A stretch of 64,000 bases of DNA, taken from assembly GCA_030264375.1 (NCBI GenBank), contig JASCQW010000128.1:15598211-15662210 (forward strand). Direction: 5' to 3'. Position numbers and translations under genes: made by a program. Source of the DNA: Carcharhinus longimanus. Its lineage: Eukaryota. How positions within the stretch are numbered: position 1 is the first letter of the stretch; each line of letters begins with the position of its first letter. The notes beneath the pieces are model-generated. The model worked only from the letters and a program-made list of their open reading frames with translations. It had not been told where the DNA came from and did no database searches. This document shows, one piece after another, positions 38,911 through 50,783 of the stretch.

Positions 38911-39704
38911 ATGAAGCAGCACCACAAGTCTCTGCCTCCAATATTCATACCAGGACCTTTTCAGCCTCCTTCACAGAAACAAAGAAATATATAGTAAAGT
39001 TCAAACACACACTATTGCAAAATATTAACAGCCCTGAAAATAACGAGAATCCAGCATGATGTGGTTGTATTGATACAGGTCATGCTTCAACAATAAACTT
39101 GGAGCTTTGAGACTTAACCTAAATAGCACAAATAAATCAAATACCTTCTTCAAAACTGGAATTCAACAACTGTATATTGTTTACAAATAGAGAAACACAG
39201 GTGAAGGCTCGAGGTGCATAGTACAGGACAACATCAAGGTTACAAAGCACAAAAGAAGCTGAAATGTATGAATGCTTTGATAACACCAAGGTTGAATTTT
39301 AAAAGTCTGGAATTGTTTGACATAAGGAACTTTGTGGGAGATAAGGGGTTTCCAGCAAATCAAAGGAGGGAGGGGTGCAGTGGGGAAGAAGGTGGTTCAA
39401 CAGAGTGATTAAAATAATACAATGGAGAGAATAATAGGTGGAGGGGGAGGGGAGGAAATGATGATGATATTAAAAGAGGAGGAAGTTACCACCCAGGACA
39501 ATGGAGCAGACCTACGGGGCTGAGCAGCATATCTAAGTGATGGTAATAGAACTCTCCAGGACAACCCATGGTACCCATAAGATAAAGCAGTGTGATAACA
39601 GCTGATGAAATAACATCCAAGTCATTTTTGCAGCGGTTTTCATCTCAGCAATGATATTTCCTCTTCATAGCTAAGACTTTTACCCAATCTCCCCTCATGG
39701 CTAC

Positions 39705-40126
39705 GACGCTATAAGGAGAGGTCTGGTAAACTGGGGTTGTTCTCCCTGGAAAGACAGAGAATGAGGGGAAACCTAATAGAGGTGTACAAAATTATGAAGG
39801 GTATAGATAGGGTGAATAGTGGGAAGCTTTTTCCCAGTCGAAGGTGACGATCACGAGGGGTCACGGGCTCAAGGTGAGAGGGGAGAGGTATAACTCAGAT
39901 ATCAGAGGGGTGTTTTTACACAGAGGGTGGTGGGGGCTTGGAATGCACTGCTAAGTAGGGTGGTGGAGGCAGACACGCTGGCATAGTTTAAGACTTACCT
40001 GGATGGTCACATGAGCAGACTGGGAATTGAGGGATACAAACGAATGGTCTAGTTGGATCAATGAGCAGCACAGGCTTGGAGGGCTGAAGGGCCTGTTTCC
40101 TGTGCTGTACTGTTCTTTGTTCTTTG
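39705..40126 (+). mobile_element. CR1 (HER1-like) LINE 3' end
   Basis: GAGGTGTACAAAATTATGAAGGGTATAGATAGG...GGGCTGAAGGGCCTGTTTCCTGTGCTGTACTGTTCTTTGTTCTTT. Confidence 0.85.
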
Positions 40127-40635
40127 AAAGGGCAAGAGAAGGAGCAGACTGAAGGTAATAGAGGCTCCTGGTGACTGAGGAGGCCCCTACACAAATACTA
40201 GTGACTCTTAATTAGCTGGGCTGCAGTGGGGCTCAAGCACCCAGAGAATGCAGGCCACAGCCACCTAATACACCAGAACAAGAAAGACTGTTTCCACATC
40301 ATCTCCATGAGCAGGGGGATCTGTAATGGTAAAGGCCGTGCTGCTATTGGAAACCAGGACTTCCAGTATTGCGTGTGGAGTAATTAAGCCAAATGCCTGT
40401 TCCCTGTCAGCAATACCCTTTATTATGTACCAAAGAAAAAGGCCACTCCTGTGGCTTACAGTCAGGTAGTCTTCATCTTGGGACCTACAATGTCAATCCA
40501 GGTAAAGTTACAGGCTCAAAGACCCCCCACTGACTACTTCTCAATATGTGGGTATGCCAGCGTTGGACTGGCATAAACACAGTAAAAAGTCTGACAACAC
40601 CAGGTTTTAGTCCAACTGATTAATTTGATAATAGA

Positions 40636-40673
40636 CTCACAAGCTTTCGGGGTTAGTCCCTTCGTCAGGTGAA
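40636..40673 (-). ncRNA. Minimal type I hammerhead ribozyme motif
   Basis: Reverse complement reads UUCAC-CUGACGA-A-GGG(ACUAAC)CCC-GAAA-GCUU-GUGAG. Stem I is UCAC/GUGA. Confidence 0.62.
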
Positions 40674-40834
40674 TGGAGAGTTCTGGCCTCAGACNNNNNN
40701 NNNNNNNNNNNNNNNNNNNNNNNNNNNNCTTTAAGACTTGAATAGCAGGTTAGCTGTAAAGACTCACATTCTAATCAGTATTCTGTAAACTGTGTGTGAC
40801 TTTATTTGCCCTTCTCTGATCAGAACCTTCCACA

Positions 40835-40871
40835 CACCTGACGATGGAACACTGTTTCCGAAAGCTTGTGA
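40835..40871 (+). ncRNA. Minimal type I hammerhead ribozyme motif
   Basis: Reads CAC-CUGACGA-U-GGAA(CACUGU)UUCC-GAAA-GCUU-GUG. Stem II differs in sequence from the other copies but still pairs. Confidence 0.6.
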
Positions 40872-40931
40872 GATTACTATCAAATAAACTGTTTAGACTC
40901 TAACCTGGTGTTGTGAGACTTCTTACAACAA

Positions 40932-41772
40932 TTACTATGCATGGCAGATGAAATTCAATGTAGTAAAGTGTGAAGTGATGTAGTTACTGCACATGCATAG
41001 TGTTGGGGGTAATATATTAGCATGGTTAAAGGATTGGGTTAAGTGGGTCATTTCCAGGTTGGCAAACTGTAAACAGTGGAGTGCTACAGGAATTGGTGCT
41101 GGGGCCTCAACTATTTACAATCTATATTAAATACAAGAATAAGTAAGGCAATTCAAGCTAAATGGTAGAATTTTAAAGTGATGTGAGAACAGTGACACTT
41201 TGCACAAGTCTTTGAAAGTGACAGGACAAGTTAACAAACCAATTCATAAAGAAACTTTATAAATAAAGGCATGTAAGCCAGGAAGCCATGTAAAACACTA
41301 ATTTGGCCAGCTGTGTTGTTGCCAGTTGCAGGCACCAGACTTTAAAAAGGATGTTAAGACTTTGGAGAGGACACAGAAGAGATGCACTGGAATCATTCTA
41401 AGGATAATGGATTACAGTTATGTGGATAGATTAAAGAAACTGTGTTTGTTGTCTCTAGAGCTGCGAAGGCAAAAAGAAAATTTGATCAAGCTATTTAAAG
41501 TCATGAATGGTTCAAATAATAAATAAAGAAAACAGATGTCAAATTCTATAAGGGTTGATAATGAAATGGCAATGATCTCAGATGATTGACAAAGAATCTG
41601 AGCGGTCAGGAGGAAAAGTCTTTCTATACAACCAGCAGTTAAGAATTGGAATGCATACACAAGGTGGTGGATGCAGATTCAATGATGACCTTCCAAATAA
41701 AATTAGATAAATACTTGAAGAATAAATCTTAGTAGGAATGTGGGGAAAGACCACAAGAATGGGGCAAAGTGG
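40932..41772 (+). mobile_element. Old CR1 LINE 3' region (tail resumes at 43854-43915)
   Basis: Includes a GVLQELVLGPQLFTIYI-like RT segment and KKDVKTLERTQKRCT...LELRR. Confidence 0.75.
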
Positions 41773-43853
41773 TATAAGGAAAATGAAAGTTGTCTTTTGT
41801 AATATCACTATCATATTCTCATTTATTGAAAAACAAGCTTGTGAGGATGTGACTGGTTTAATTGTAGTGGAGACAGAAAGACTGCAAAGGTTAAACATCA
41901 TCAAGAAGCTGTAAAGGCAATAGGTTTGCTATGGTAATGAACAAGGAATGACGTGAGACTTCTTACAATGAACAAGGAAGCCAGGAGAACTTGAATAACA
42001 GTTTACATAAGCTGAAGAGCGAATTGTTTTGAAGTTGGCTGTCGTATTTCAAAAGGGGAACATGTACAAATTGGAAGATTATAAATAGATGAGAAAAGAT
42101 GGGGTAAGTGTACTTTTGAAATATGGTAGGCATAAAGTTTTTAAAAAGTTGGATTGATCAATCCTGGGAAAAGGGAACTTCTAAAGGACTGTAAAAAAAT
42201 AATAGAGGGAGAGATCAAAGGGAGAAAAACTGACTTAAGAAAACATTGAAGGTTGTGTGCCTGTGTGTGGTAACTAGTGAGATCTCAAAGAAGACAACGT
42301 GTGGACAAGGCCAGATCTGGAGAACCAATTTTTTGTGCTCTCAGAGAACATCCTAAGAGCAGCAGGGCATTGTGTGGTAACGTTATTAGAATTTTATAGA
42401 TTAGAAAATCGATAAGGATTGCTGTCATCAACAAGGTGCTACACAAAAGGCTACTGCATAAGATACAGGTGCACGGCATTACAGGTAATGTATTAGCCTG
42501 GATGGAGGATCAGTTAACTAACAGAGAGCAAAGAGTGGGGATAAATGGGTGCTTTTCTGCTCGGCGATCAGTGACTAGGGGTGTGCCTCAGGGATCAGTG
42601 TTGGGACTGCAATTATTTACAATTTACATAGATGATTTGGAATTGAGGACCAAGTATAGTGTGTCAAAGCTCACAGTTGACACTAAGATGAGTGGAAGAG
42701 CAAAGTGTGCTCTTAGATAGTCTAAGTGAGTGGGCAAGGGTCTGACGGATGGAGTAAATGTGAAGTCATCCATTTTGGTAGGAATAACAGCAAAATAGAC
42801 TATTATTTAAATGGTGAAAAATTGTAGCATGCTGCTGTGCAGAGGGACCTGGGTGTCCTTGTGCATAAATTGCAAAAAAGTTGGTTGGCAGGTGCAGCAG
42901 GTAATTAAGAAGACAAATGGAATTTTGTCCTTTATTGCTAGAGGGATGGAGTTTAAAAACAGCGAGATTATATTGCAGTTGTATAAGGTGCTGGTGAAGC
43001 CACACCTGGGGTAGTGTACTGCTTTGGTCTCCTCATTTGAGAAAGGATATACTGGCACTGGAGGGAGTGCAAAAGAACTTCACTAGGTTGATTCCGGAGT
43101 TGAGAGGGTTGGCTTATGAGGAGAGACTTAGTAGACTGGGACTATACTCACTGGAATTTAGATGTATGAGGGGGGATCTTATAGAAAGATACAAAATTAT
43201 GAAGAGAATAGATAAGATAGAAGCAGGGAACTTGTTTCCACTAGCTAGTAAAAACTAGAACTAGGGGGCATAGCCTTAAAATAAGGGGAGCAGATTTAGG
43301 ACTGAATTAAGGAAGAACTTCTTCACCCAAAGGGTTATGAATCTGTGTAATTCCCTGCCCAGTGAAGCAGTTGAGGCTACCTCATTAAATGTTTTTGAAG
43401 CAAAGATTGATAGATTTCTGAACAGTAAAGGAATTAAGGGTTATGGTGAGCGGGCAGGTAAGTGGAGCTGATGTGAAAAGATCAGCCATGATCTCATTGA
43501 ATGGCAGGGTAGGCTCGAGGGGCCAGATGGCCTACACCTGCTCCTAGTTCTTATGTTCTTACATTTTGAAGGGGGATTAGTTTGAGTTATTTAAACCAAG
43601 GTCTGTTTGGAAAGGTTTAAAAAGTACTGTTAACTGCTGTAGGTATTCTTGTGTTTTAAGTGCACATTCTGAACTTAATTTTGAATAAATGTTTAACTTT
43701 AATATAAAATCACCACAATTGGTTTGAGAAGCTACTTCCTAATTTCAGAAAACTCCTCATGACACACACATTGCAAACATGTTCTGGCAACTGTTTCAAG
43801 TCACCTTCTGAGATTTGGTCAACCTGGTATTTGCTGTCTACCATGCCTTAAGA
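41773..43853. mobile_element. Probable decayed solo LTR (with nested CR1)
   Basis: Interrupts a CR1 tail. Flanked by 4-bp direct repeat GTGG (41769-41772 and 43854-43857). Ends TATAAGG...CCTTAAGA resemble mutated TG...CA. Confidence 0.5.
42435..43561 (+). mobile_element. CR1 LINE, 3' 1.1 kb of ORF2 plus tail
   Basis: HKRLLHKIQVHGITGNVLAWMED...GVPQGSVLGLQLFTIYIDDL...LEGVQKNFTRLIPELRGLAYEERL, with tail TTCTTATGTTCTTAC. Confidence 0.92.
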
Positions 43854-44573
43854 GTGGATTATTAAAGATTTAATGGGCTGAATGTGCTCATTTTATGCAG
43901 TCTAATTTTATGTTTTTTTAAAAGTTAGATGATTGTAGGATAAAATCCTACTTAGAAACCCAAGCCCATAACCTAGGCTGGCACTTCTAAATTTACATTG
44001 TCAATGGGAAGCCTCACTAGTGAATTCCCAATATGCACACATAAAATACTGGGAATGGAAGTTATCCCAGGAAAGCATAGCAGAGGTAGAAATGATAAAT
44101 ATTCCACCAAGTGTGAAAGTGTTGTTAATAAAGGAGAAATGGGAAGGGGAAAGATCACTGGTGCAATGAAGTTGAACAGAAATCCGGGGCACTGTTTGCG
44201 ATTGACAAGTCAGATAAGCTGCTGTTTTCCCATCAGCCACCAGATGGACCANNNNNNNNNNNNNNNNNNNNNNNNNNNNNNNNNNNNNNNNNNNNNNNNN
44301 NNNNNNNNNNNNNNNNNNNNNNNNNNNNNNNNNNNNNNNNNNNNNNNNNNNNNNNNNNNNNNNNNNNNNNNNNNNNNNNNNNNNNNNNNNNNNNNNNNNN
44401 NNNNNNNNNNNNNNNNNNNNNNNNNNNNNNNNNNNNNNNNNNNNNNNNNNNNNNNNNNNNNNNNNNNNNNNNNNNNNNNNNNNNNNNNNNNNNNNNNNNN
44501 NNNNNNNNNNNNNNNNNNNNNNNNNNNNNNNNNNNNNNNNNNNNNNNNNNNNNNNNNNNNNNNNNNNNNNNNN

Positions 44574-44784
44574 CCCACACATTTCCCATGATTAATAGGT
44601 CACTAAGGGGCAATTTAGCATGGCCAATCAACCTAACTTGCACATCTCTTGACTGTGGGAGGATACCGGAGCACCCAGAGGAAACCCACACAGTCATGGT
44701 GCAAACTCCACACAGACAGTGGGCCAAGGGCAGAATTAAACCTGGGTGCCTGGAACTGTGAGGCAGCAGTGCTAACCACTGTGC
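44574..44784 (-). mobile_element. HE1/V-SINE
   Basis: V-domain and tRNA-derived head in reverse complement. Confidence 0.85.
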
Positions 44785-45084
44785 AATGGGAGACCAGAGC
44801 TGAGCGATGCCTGGTGGGTGACCTGCATTCTCACCACCTGAGTGAGGCAGGATCCCCGTATTCCTGAGCATTGTTGATGATTAGAAAGGCTGCCTAATTT
44901 GCAGGAAGTTTTCTGGGTCTTTGTGCTTGTCAGCTGCACTGTTTCAGATGGTCAATTGTCAGCAGCAACAGGTTGGCTAATGCCAACCAAAACCTCTGGG
45001 CTTGAATGGGTAAACAGAACCCATACAAATACATTCCTCAGTAACTGGTTTGGAGGCTCTTTTAACAAAAACAACACAAGATCT

Positions 45085-46000
45085 TCAATGTTCAAAGGTG
45101 TTTCCTGAGATGGAGGTGGGCAAAAACAGGCACCAAAATGGAGATAAAACGGAGATAAGGAAATGAATGAAGGGATGGTCCCTGGAAGTCTTTTGAAGGT
45201 GGGAGGGATGGAGCAAAGTAGAGGGGTTTAGGGAGAGTGAGGCAAAGGCTGTAGTTATGAAGACTGAAAACCCTCTCTGCTGATAGAGTAGAGCAGAGAG
45301 GAACTGAAGTGTAGGACTGTACAAAGTCACAGAGTTATGTTTCAGCAAGGCTACACACTGATCTGTAGATTTTAAAATAAATGCAGTGGAAAGTAAGAAG
45401 CCAGTGGTGGACAATGGGGATAGGGATGATGGGTGTACAAGGTGGGGGAAGGGGAGATTGCAAGCTCACAACCTCGACCACCGAGAAGGAGAAGGGCAGC
45501 TGGTCCCTGGGAACACCACCACCTGCAAGCTCCCCTCCAAGCCACTCATCATCCTGACCTAGAACTAAATGGCCTGTCCTTCATTGTCACTGGGTCAAAA
45601 CCCTGCAGTACCCTCCCTAACAGCACTGTGCTTATACTACGAGTGCTGCAATGGTTCCAAAAGGCAGCTCACCACCACTTTCTCAAGGGCAAGATGGGAC
45701 GGATAATAAAAATGATGGTCTAGCCACTGAAGCCCCAGGTCCCATGAAAGAATTTAAAAATGCAGCAGAATTTGGGATAAGTTGGAGTTTGCATAAGATT
45801 TAGTATCTTCAAGTATCAGATACCCGGGTGACCAAAAATTACTAGAAAACAACATTTTAGTTCATTTTTATTGGTGTTACAAATAGGCTTACATTAACAC
45901 TGCAATGAAGTTACTGTGAAACTCCCCTCGTTTCCACACTCTGGCGCCTGTTCAGGCACACTGAGGAGAAATTTAGCATGGCCAATGCATCCTAACCATT
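45085..46000. mobile_element. L2 fragment (-, 45085-45400), CR1-clade LINE tail (+, 45460-45760) and SINE tail (-, 45860-46000)
   Basis: Each segment is homologous to other copies in the window (29.7-30.4 kb, 38.6-38.9 kb and 22262-22345 respectively). Confidence 0.6.
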
Positions 46001-46082
46001 CTGCAATTAGTCAATAAATGAAGAGAATTGCATTTCCAAAAAACAATAAAAGATTCAGGGAAAACAGCTAATCCTCATCCTA

Positions 46083-46590
46083 CAGAAAATGCTGGAAAAT
46101 CTCAGTGGGTCTGACAGCATCCGTGGAGAGAAAATGGAACCAATGTTGAGTCAGGATGACCCTTTGTCAAAGAAAATCGGACAAAATTTACACTGTGAAG
46201 GTCGGAAGGGTGGGAGAGCTGTAATGGATAGGAATGCCATAGACACAAAGTCAAAAGGAATGTAAATAGTGATGAGCATGGCTGAAAATGGTTCAAAGAA
46301 CGTCCAGTTTCTGATCTCTTAATGAAAGCTCCTAATGCCATTCGTCATCACTATTTACATTCCCTTTGACTTTGTGTCGATGGCATTCCTATTAATTACA
46401 GCTCCCGCTCCCCAACTCTCACAGCATAAATCTTGTCTGCTTTTCCTTGTCTTCAGCTCTGACTAAGGGTCATCCTGACTCGAAACATTGGCTCTATTCT
46501 CTCTCCATAGATGCTGTGAGATCAGCTGAGGTTTTCCAGCACTTTTTGTTTTTGTTTCAGATTCCAGTATTTGCAGTATTTTATTTTTAA
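46083..46590. mobile_element. Penelope family A foldback (about 190-bp inverted arms)
   Basis: GGAATGCCATAGACACAAAGTCAAAAGGAATGTAAATAGTGATGA versus TCATCACTATTTACATTCCCTTTGACTTTGTGTCGATGGCATTCC. Contains a mutated hammerhead core CTGACTAA-GGGTCA-TCC-TGACTC-GAAAC near 46459-46486. Confidence 0.8.
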
Positions 46591-46875
46591 TCCTCATCCT
46601 CGTTCTGCTGCCTCTTACCTGGGTAAGCTGAAACACACATGTCTTTGCAACATTGTTTAGACCTTGGCTGATAGGATTCAGACTTTCAAAGAACAAAAAC
46701 AGCCCGTGAAACAGGCCCTTCGGCCCAACGAGCCCGCGCCGCTATCTCAACACCACCAGTCCCCCTCTCCACCNNNNNNNNNNNNNNNNNNNNNNNNNNN
46801 NNNNNNNNNNNNNNNNNNNNNNNNNNNNNNNNNNNNNNNNNNNNNNNNNNNNNNNNNNNNNNNNNNNNNNNNNNN

Positions 46876-47133
46876 AACTGCACTGAAACACACACACACA
46901 GCTGTACAACTGCACTGAAACACACACACACAGCTGTACAACTGCACTGAAAAACACACACAGCTGTACAACTGCACTGAAACACACACACACACACAGC
47001 CGTACAACTCCACGGAAACACACACACGCATACACACAGCTGTACAATCCCACTGAAACACACACACACAGCTGTACAACCCCACTGAAACACACACACC
47101 CACACACAGCTGTAGAAACCCACTGAAACACAG
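46876..47133. repeat. Minisatellite, about 30-34 bp unit AACTGCACTGAAA(CA)nGCTGTAC, roughly 8 visible copies
   Basis: Direct tandem repeats with a variable CA tract, continuing into the N gap. Confidence 0.93.
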
Positions 47134-47394
47134 TGAACTTTATAAACTCAGTGTAATGTCTGAGCTGCATGGATCGACTTAATCATTATTCTCCCTCCTG
47201 GACAAGGGGACACCTCATATTTAATTTTTGAGCTAATCACATGGAATCCAGATGGATGATTGCAGTGCTGGGAAATTGAACAGATTTTATTTTCCAAGGT
47301 ACAGATTCAGGATCAAATATCTCAGATATAAAATCAATATATGTATAGTAAATCTCACAGCACACTTTAATAGGTGCTAATTTAATCAAGAAAT

Positions 47395-47545
47395 ACAAAA
47401 TACAGCAGATGCTGGAAGTCTGAAAGAACAGAAAATACCAGAAATACTCAGCAGGTCAGACAGCATCTGAAGTGAGAGAGAAAAGTTAGTGTCAGATTGA
47501 TGATTTTTCATCGGAACTGCTGAAGTATTGCATTATTTCTTGTTT
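47395..47545. mobile_element. Penelope family A terminus
   Basis: CAAAATACAGCAGATGCTGGAAGTCTGAAA...ATACTCAGCAGGTCAGACAGCATCTG. Confidence 0.6.
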
Positions 47546-47621
47546 ATGATTCCAACTATGCAAAGTTCCTTGCGTAATAACTTCAAGAATTGACTCCAAA
47601 AGTTAACTTATAAAACAGGAT

Positions 47622-47748
47622 GGCTGGAATTTTACCATCCTGTTCACCACAGGATTCGAAACGGGCAAGGGGTGGACAATTGGAAAGGTCCATTGAGCTA
47701 GAGTGGGATTTTATGGTTTGAGGACGAGCGAGGCCATAAAATCCCACC
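47622..47748. mobile_element. Short MITE-like element with Harbinger-style TIRs
   Basis: Ends GGCTGGAATTTTAC ... ATAAAATCCCACCC are imperfect inverted repeats. Confidence 0.5.
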
Positions 47749-47829
47749 CAATACGTTGGAATAATTAAATCACACAACTGCCAAAACAGTAATGATAATG
47801 AACATTTTTACACAAGTCCATCAATAACT

Positions 47830-49117
47830 TTGGTGATATCCTCTCTCTCATGGAGCGACATAGCTCAGCTAACTGAAGTTCTTCTGTTGAGGTAGTTACT
47901 GCTGGTCATATTTCACAAGGACTCGCTCCTTGTATCAATGTTTCCTGGGGCGGGGGGTAACAATCTGGCCTGTTACTGGTTGATCCAACAGCTCACTCCT
48001 CGGGCAATCCGCAACTGGCACAATTGGATCAGGTTGTAACACAGACTCTTGGGAGGGTTGTCGCCCATGCAAGTGGTCTACATTCTTTTCTAAAATCTAG
48101 TCCTGTATCTTAACCTCATTGGATAATGGCCCTGTTCTGGTGACAGCAACTTCTGGAATCTAATTTGGTCCATTGTCAAAATTCTTCACAAACACTGAAT
48201 CCTCTATCTTGAATGCTCTTGCACTCTTCTGGTTCCTCTGGCTTGTCTCCATCTTCCTTGGAAAGTTTGGGACTAACCTTGTCCTCAGCTGATAACCCAC
48301 CAGCAGCTCAGGTAAAGATTATACAATAGATCCTGTACAATAGCAGGAACTTAGTCAACTCTGTGTTTAAGAATGCGGGTTGTTGCTTCTTTAAGCCAAC
48401 CTTGATAGTCTGAACTGCTCTCTCAGCCAGTCCATTGGACAAAGGATGGTATGGTGCCATTCTGATATATTTCATTCCATTAAAAGTCATAAAATTCTGA
48501 AATTTGGCACCGGTAAAAGCCATTCCGCTCTCCAAAATGAGAACCTCTGATGCCCTGTGACTTCTCAATTGTGGCCTAAGCACTTGTGGATCACCTCCAT
48601 GCGCTTTGAATGGGCATCCACTTAACAACAAAAGCATCGTGCCCATAAACAGTCCCACATAATCAATGTGAACCCTAACCCATGGTCGACCTGGCCATTC
48701 CCATAGGTGTAGCAGAGCTGCAGCAGATAACTTCTCTAAAACAATGCAATCGTTGCCAGTTTCACCACTCTTTCAATTGCATATCGGTGCCTGGCCATCA
48801 CACATTACTTCTTGCTAGCATCTTTATTTTTGACACACTCAAATGGGCACTATGTAACTGTTCCAGTAATAATTCTCCTTCTGACAGCTAAATTTGTCTT
48901 TTCTGATCTGTAAGGTTTCAGTTCCTCTGAACGTTTTTCATTCTGCTATCCAGGCACTGCCATCTGTTTCATCTTCAACAACAATGGGTCTCTGTTAATC
49001 CAGTACTTAATCTGTTAAACCCACGCTGGCAAAGTGTCTGGAAAATTCATGCCCATTCTCATTTCTTCTGCTAGTGTGGGGACCGCACCCGTCTCTGGCA
49101 AGGGAATCTGACTCAGA
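47830..49117 (-). mobile_element. Ty3/Gypsy LTR retrotransposon pol (integrase) remnant
   Basis: Minus-strand translation WEWPGRPWVRVHIDYVGLFMG...GMAFTGAKFQNFMTFNGMKYIRMAPYHPLSNGLAERAVQTIK is a classic rve integrase core, with stops and frameshifts. Confidence 0.88.
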
Positions 49118-49489
49118 CTCCTTGATGCCACATTTGGTCAAATACAGCCAAGGTGTCAAGGGCAGTCACTCTCACCTCATCACTGGCATTCAGCTCTTTT
49201 GTCCATATAGAAACCAAGGCTGTAATGAGATCAAGAACTAAGTGATTCTGTTAGTTAAACTCAAACTGATGATCCCAACACATCCCAGTTAATTCCCAAC
49301 TCCACACCTGATTTGACCAGCAAGTCCCTCAGAGAATGCCCCGTTAAGGGCTAGCCACTACATCTTGTATATCCACCAGATTGTATGCATTTATTACCGC
49401 ATACCTGCCAATTTATTTTGAATGTTTGTTTGCATACATTTACACATTGATTCTGCATTGATCATCAGAACACCAGCTCTGGCTGATCA

Positions 49490-49712
49490 CATTTAGCTGA
49501 CCAATATTTACCCATGAAATATTACTGAGCCAGTTTATCGAGTTGTTATCTCATTGCAGTCTATGGGAGATTTCCATACGCAAATTGGTTGCTGTCTTTT
49601 CCACATTCCGACAGTAACCATACCGCAAACATCCTTAATTGTCTGCAAAGCACTTAGGGGAGGATTCTGAAGTTATGATAGGTGCTTTATAAATACAACT
49701 TCTTTCTTTTGA
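49490..49712 (+). mobile_element. Deu-domain SINE 3' part
   Basis: ATCTCATTGCAGTCTATGGGAG...CAAATTGGTTGCTG...GGTGCTTTATAAATACAACTTCTTTCTTT. Confidence 0.6.
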
Positions 49713-50089
49713 ATATTATATTAATCTGTCCGATGATAGCAGCTGGCAGCATTTGTTCTCACACTGCATTGGTGGCCATGTCCTGATTCTCCCAGTGCAA
49801 CAAGTTGATCCTTCACATTGGAAGATTTATCATCAACTTTTCTCCAGATCAACATTAAGTTCTATTGGTGACTTTTTGTTTTAACCCTGAATATAAATCA
49901 AAAAGAAATTATTTTCACAACTAAAGCACCTTGATCAGTTGAGGTGATTTGAAATGGTAGGCACTAATATAAAGCAGGAAAGCTGTAATATAATCTTTGT
50001 TTATTATCAATCTGTCAGGAGTAAAATTGCCTTCTCGCCCTCCTAGAATACTCAAAGTAATTTTGCCTTAATCCAATTAATATTTAAAG

Positions 50090-50385
50090 AACGAGCAAAC
50101 TTGCATTTATTATAGCACTTTTCACAACCCCAAGACCTCCCAAAGCAAGCTAAAGTCAAGTAAATGCGTTGGAAGTACCTTAATGTTGTAATGTAGGAAA
50201 AGCAGCAGTCAATTAGCACACATCAAACTCCCACGAACAGCATTGGGATGATAATCAAAAAATCTGTTTCAGTAATACTGGCCAGCAGGAAGAATCCCCT
50301 TCTCTCCTAAATATTGGCACGAGAGAAGCCTACGAGGGAAGCAGTTTAATATCTCATCCATAAGGCAGGATTTTGGACAGTGATA
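50090..50385 (-). mobile_element. Deu-domain SINE
   Basis: ACTTGCATTTAT.ATAGCAC...TGTTGTAATGTAGGAAA...GTTTAATATCTCATCC is the reverse complement of tail plus Deu core. Confidence 0.6.
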
Positions 50386-50783
50386 CACAATGGCCTTGGA
50401 CAACTTACCCTGATATCACATTTCACATCTTCCTTGTGTGATGATATGTTTGAAGAAGGACACCAGAAAAACTGAAAGAATTAGCTGCTACAGTTCTCTT
50501 CATAGTCTGACATCGCCAGTGAGTATTACCCATTCAAACGTAGATTTTACACGGGCTTAAGCACAATGTTTAGTCTCAATCTGTTATCCTATAGTTGCAG
50601 CTCTGTAATTATTCCCCTCCAGCTCTTTATTAAGTTAAACCACAGTAGGAGGCTGATTGATGCAGTGGTTTGGAATAGTCTTCGTGAAATTCTTGGTTCC
50701 AGGTTCAAGCCAAGGCCAGACTGATCAAATAATCATTTCTCTTCCTCTGTGTCACAGAANNNNNNNNNNNNNNNNNNNNNNNN

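Larger units (their letters stand above)
40546..40926. mobile_element. Penelope family B foldback (inverted pair of termini), one hammerhead motif per arm
   Basis: Minus-orientation arm 40546-40694 and plus-orientation arm 40729-40926 both carry the AACCTGGTGTTGT..GACTT.TTAC end. Confidence 0.75.

Noticed and set aside
46876-47133. CRISPR-like repeat array
   Set aside because: The units are contiguous with no unique spacers, the context is a vertebrate genome, and there are no cas genes. It is a minisatellite.
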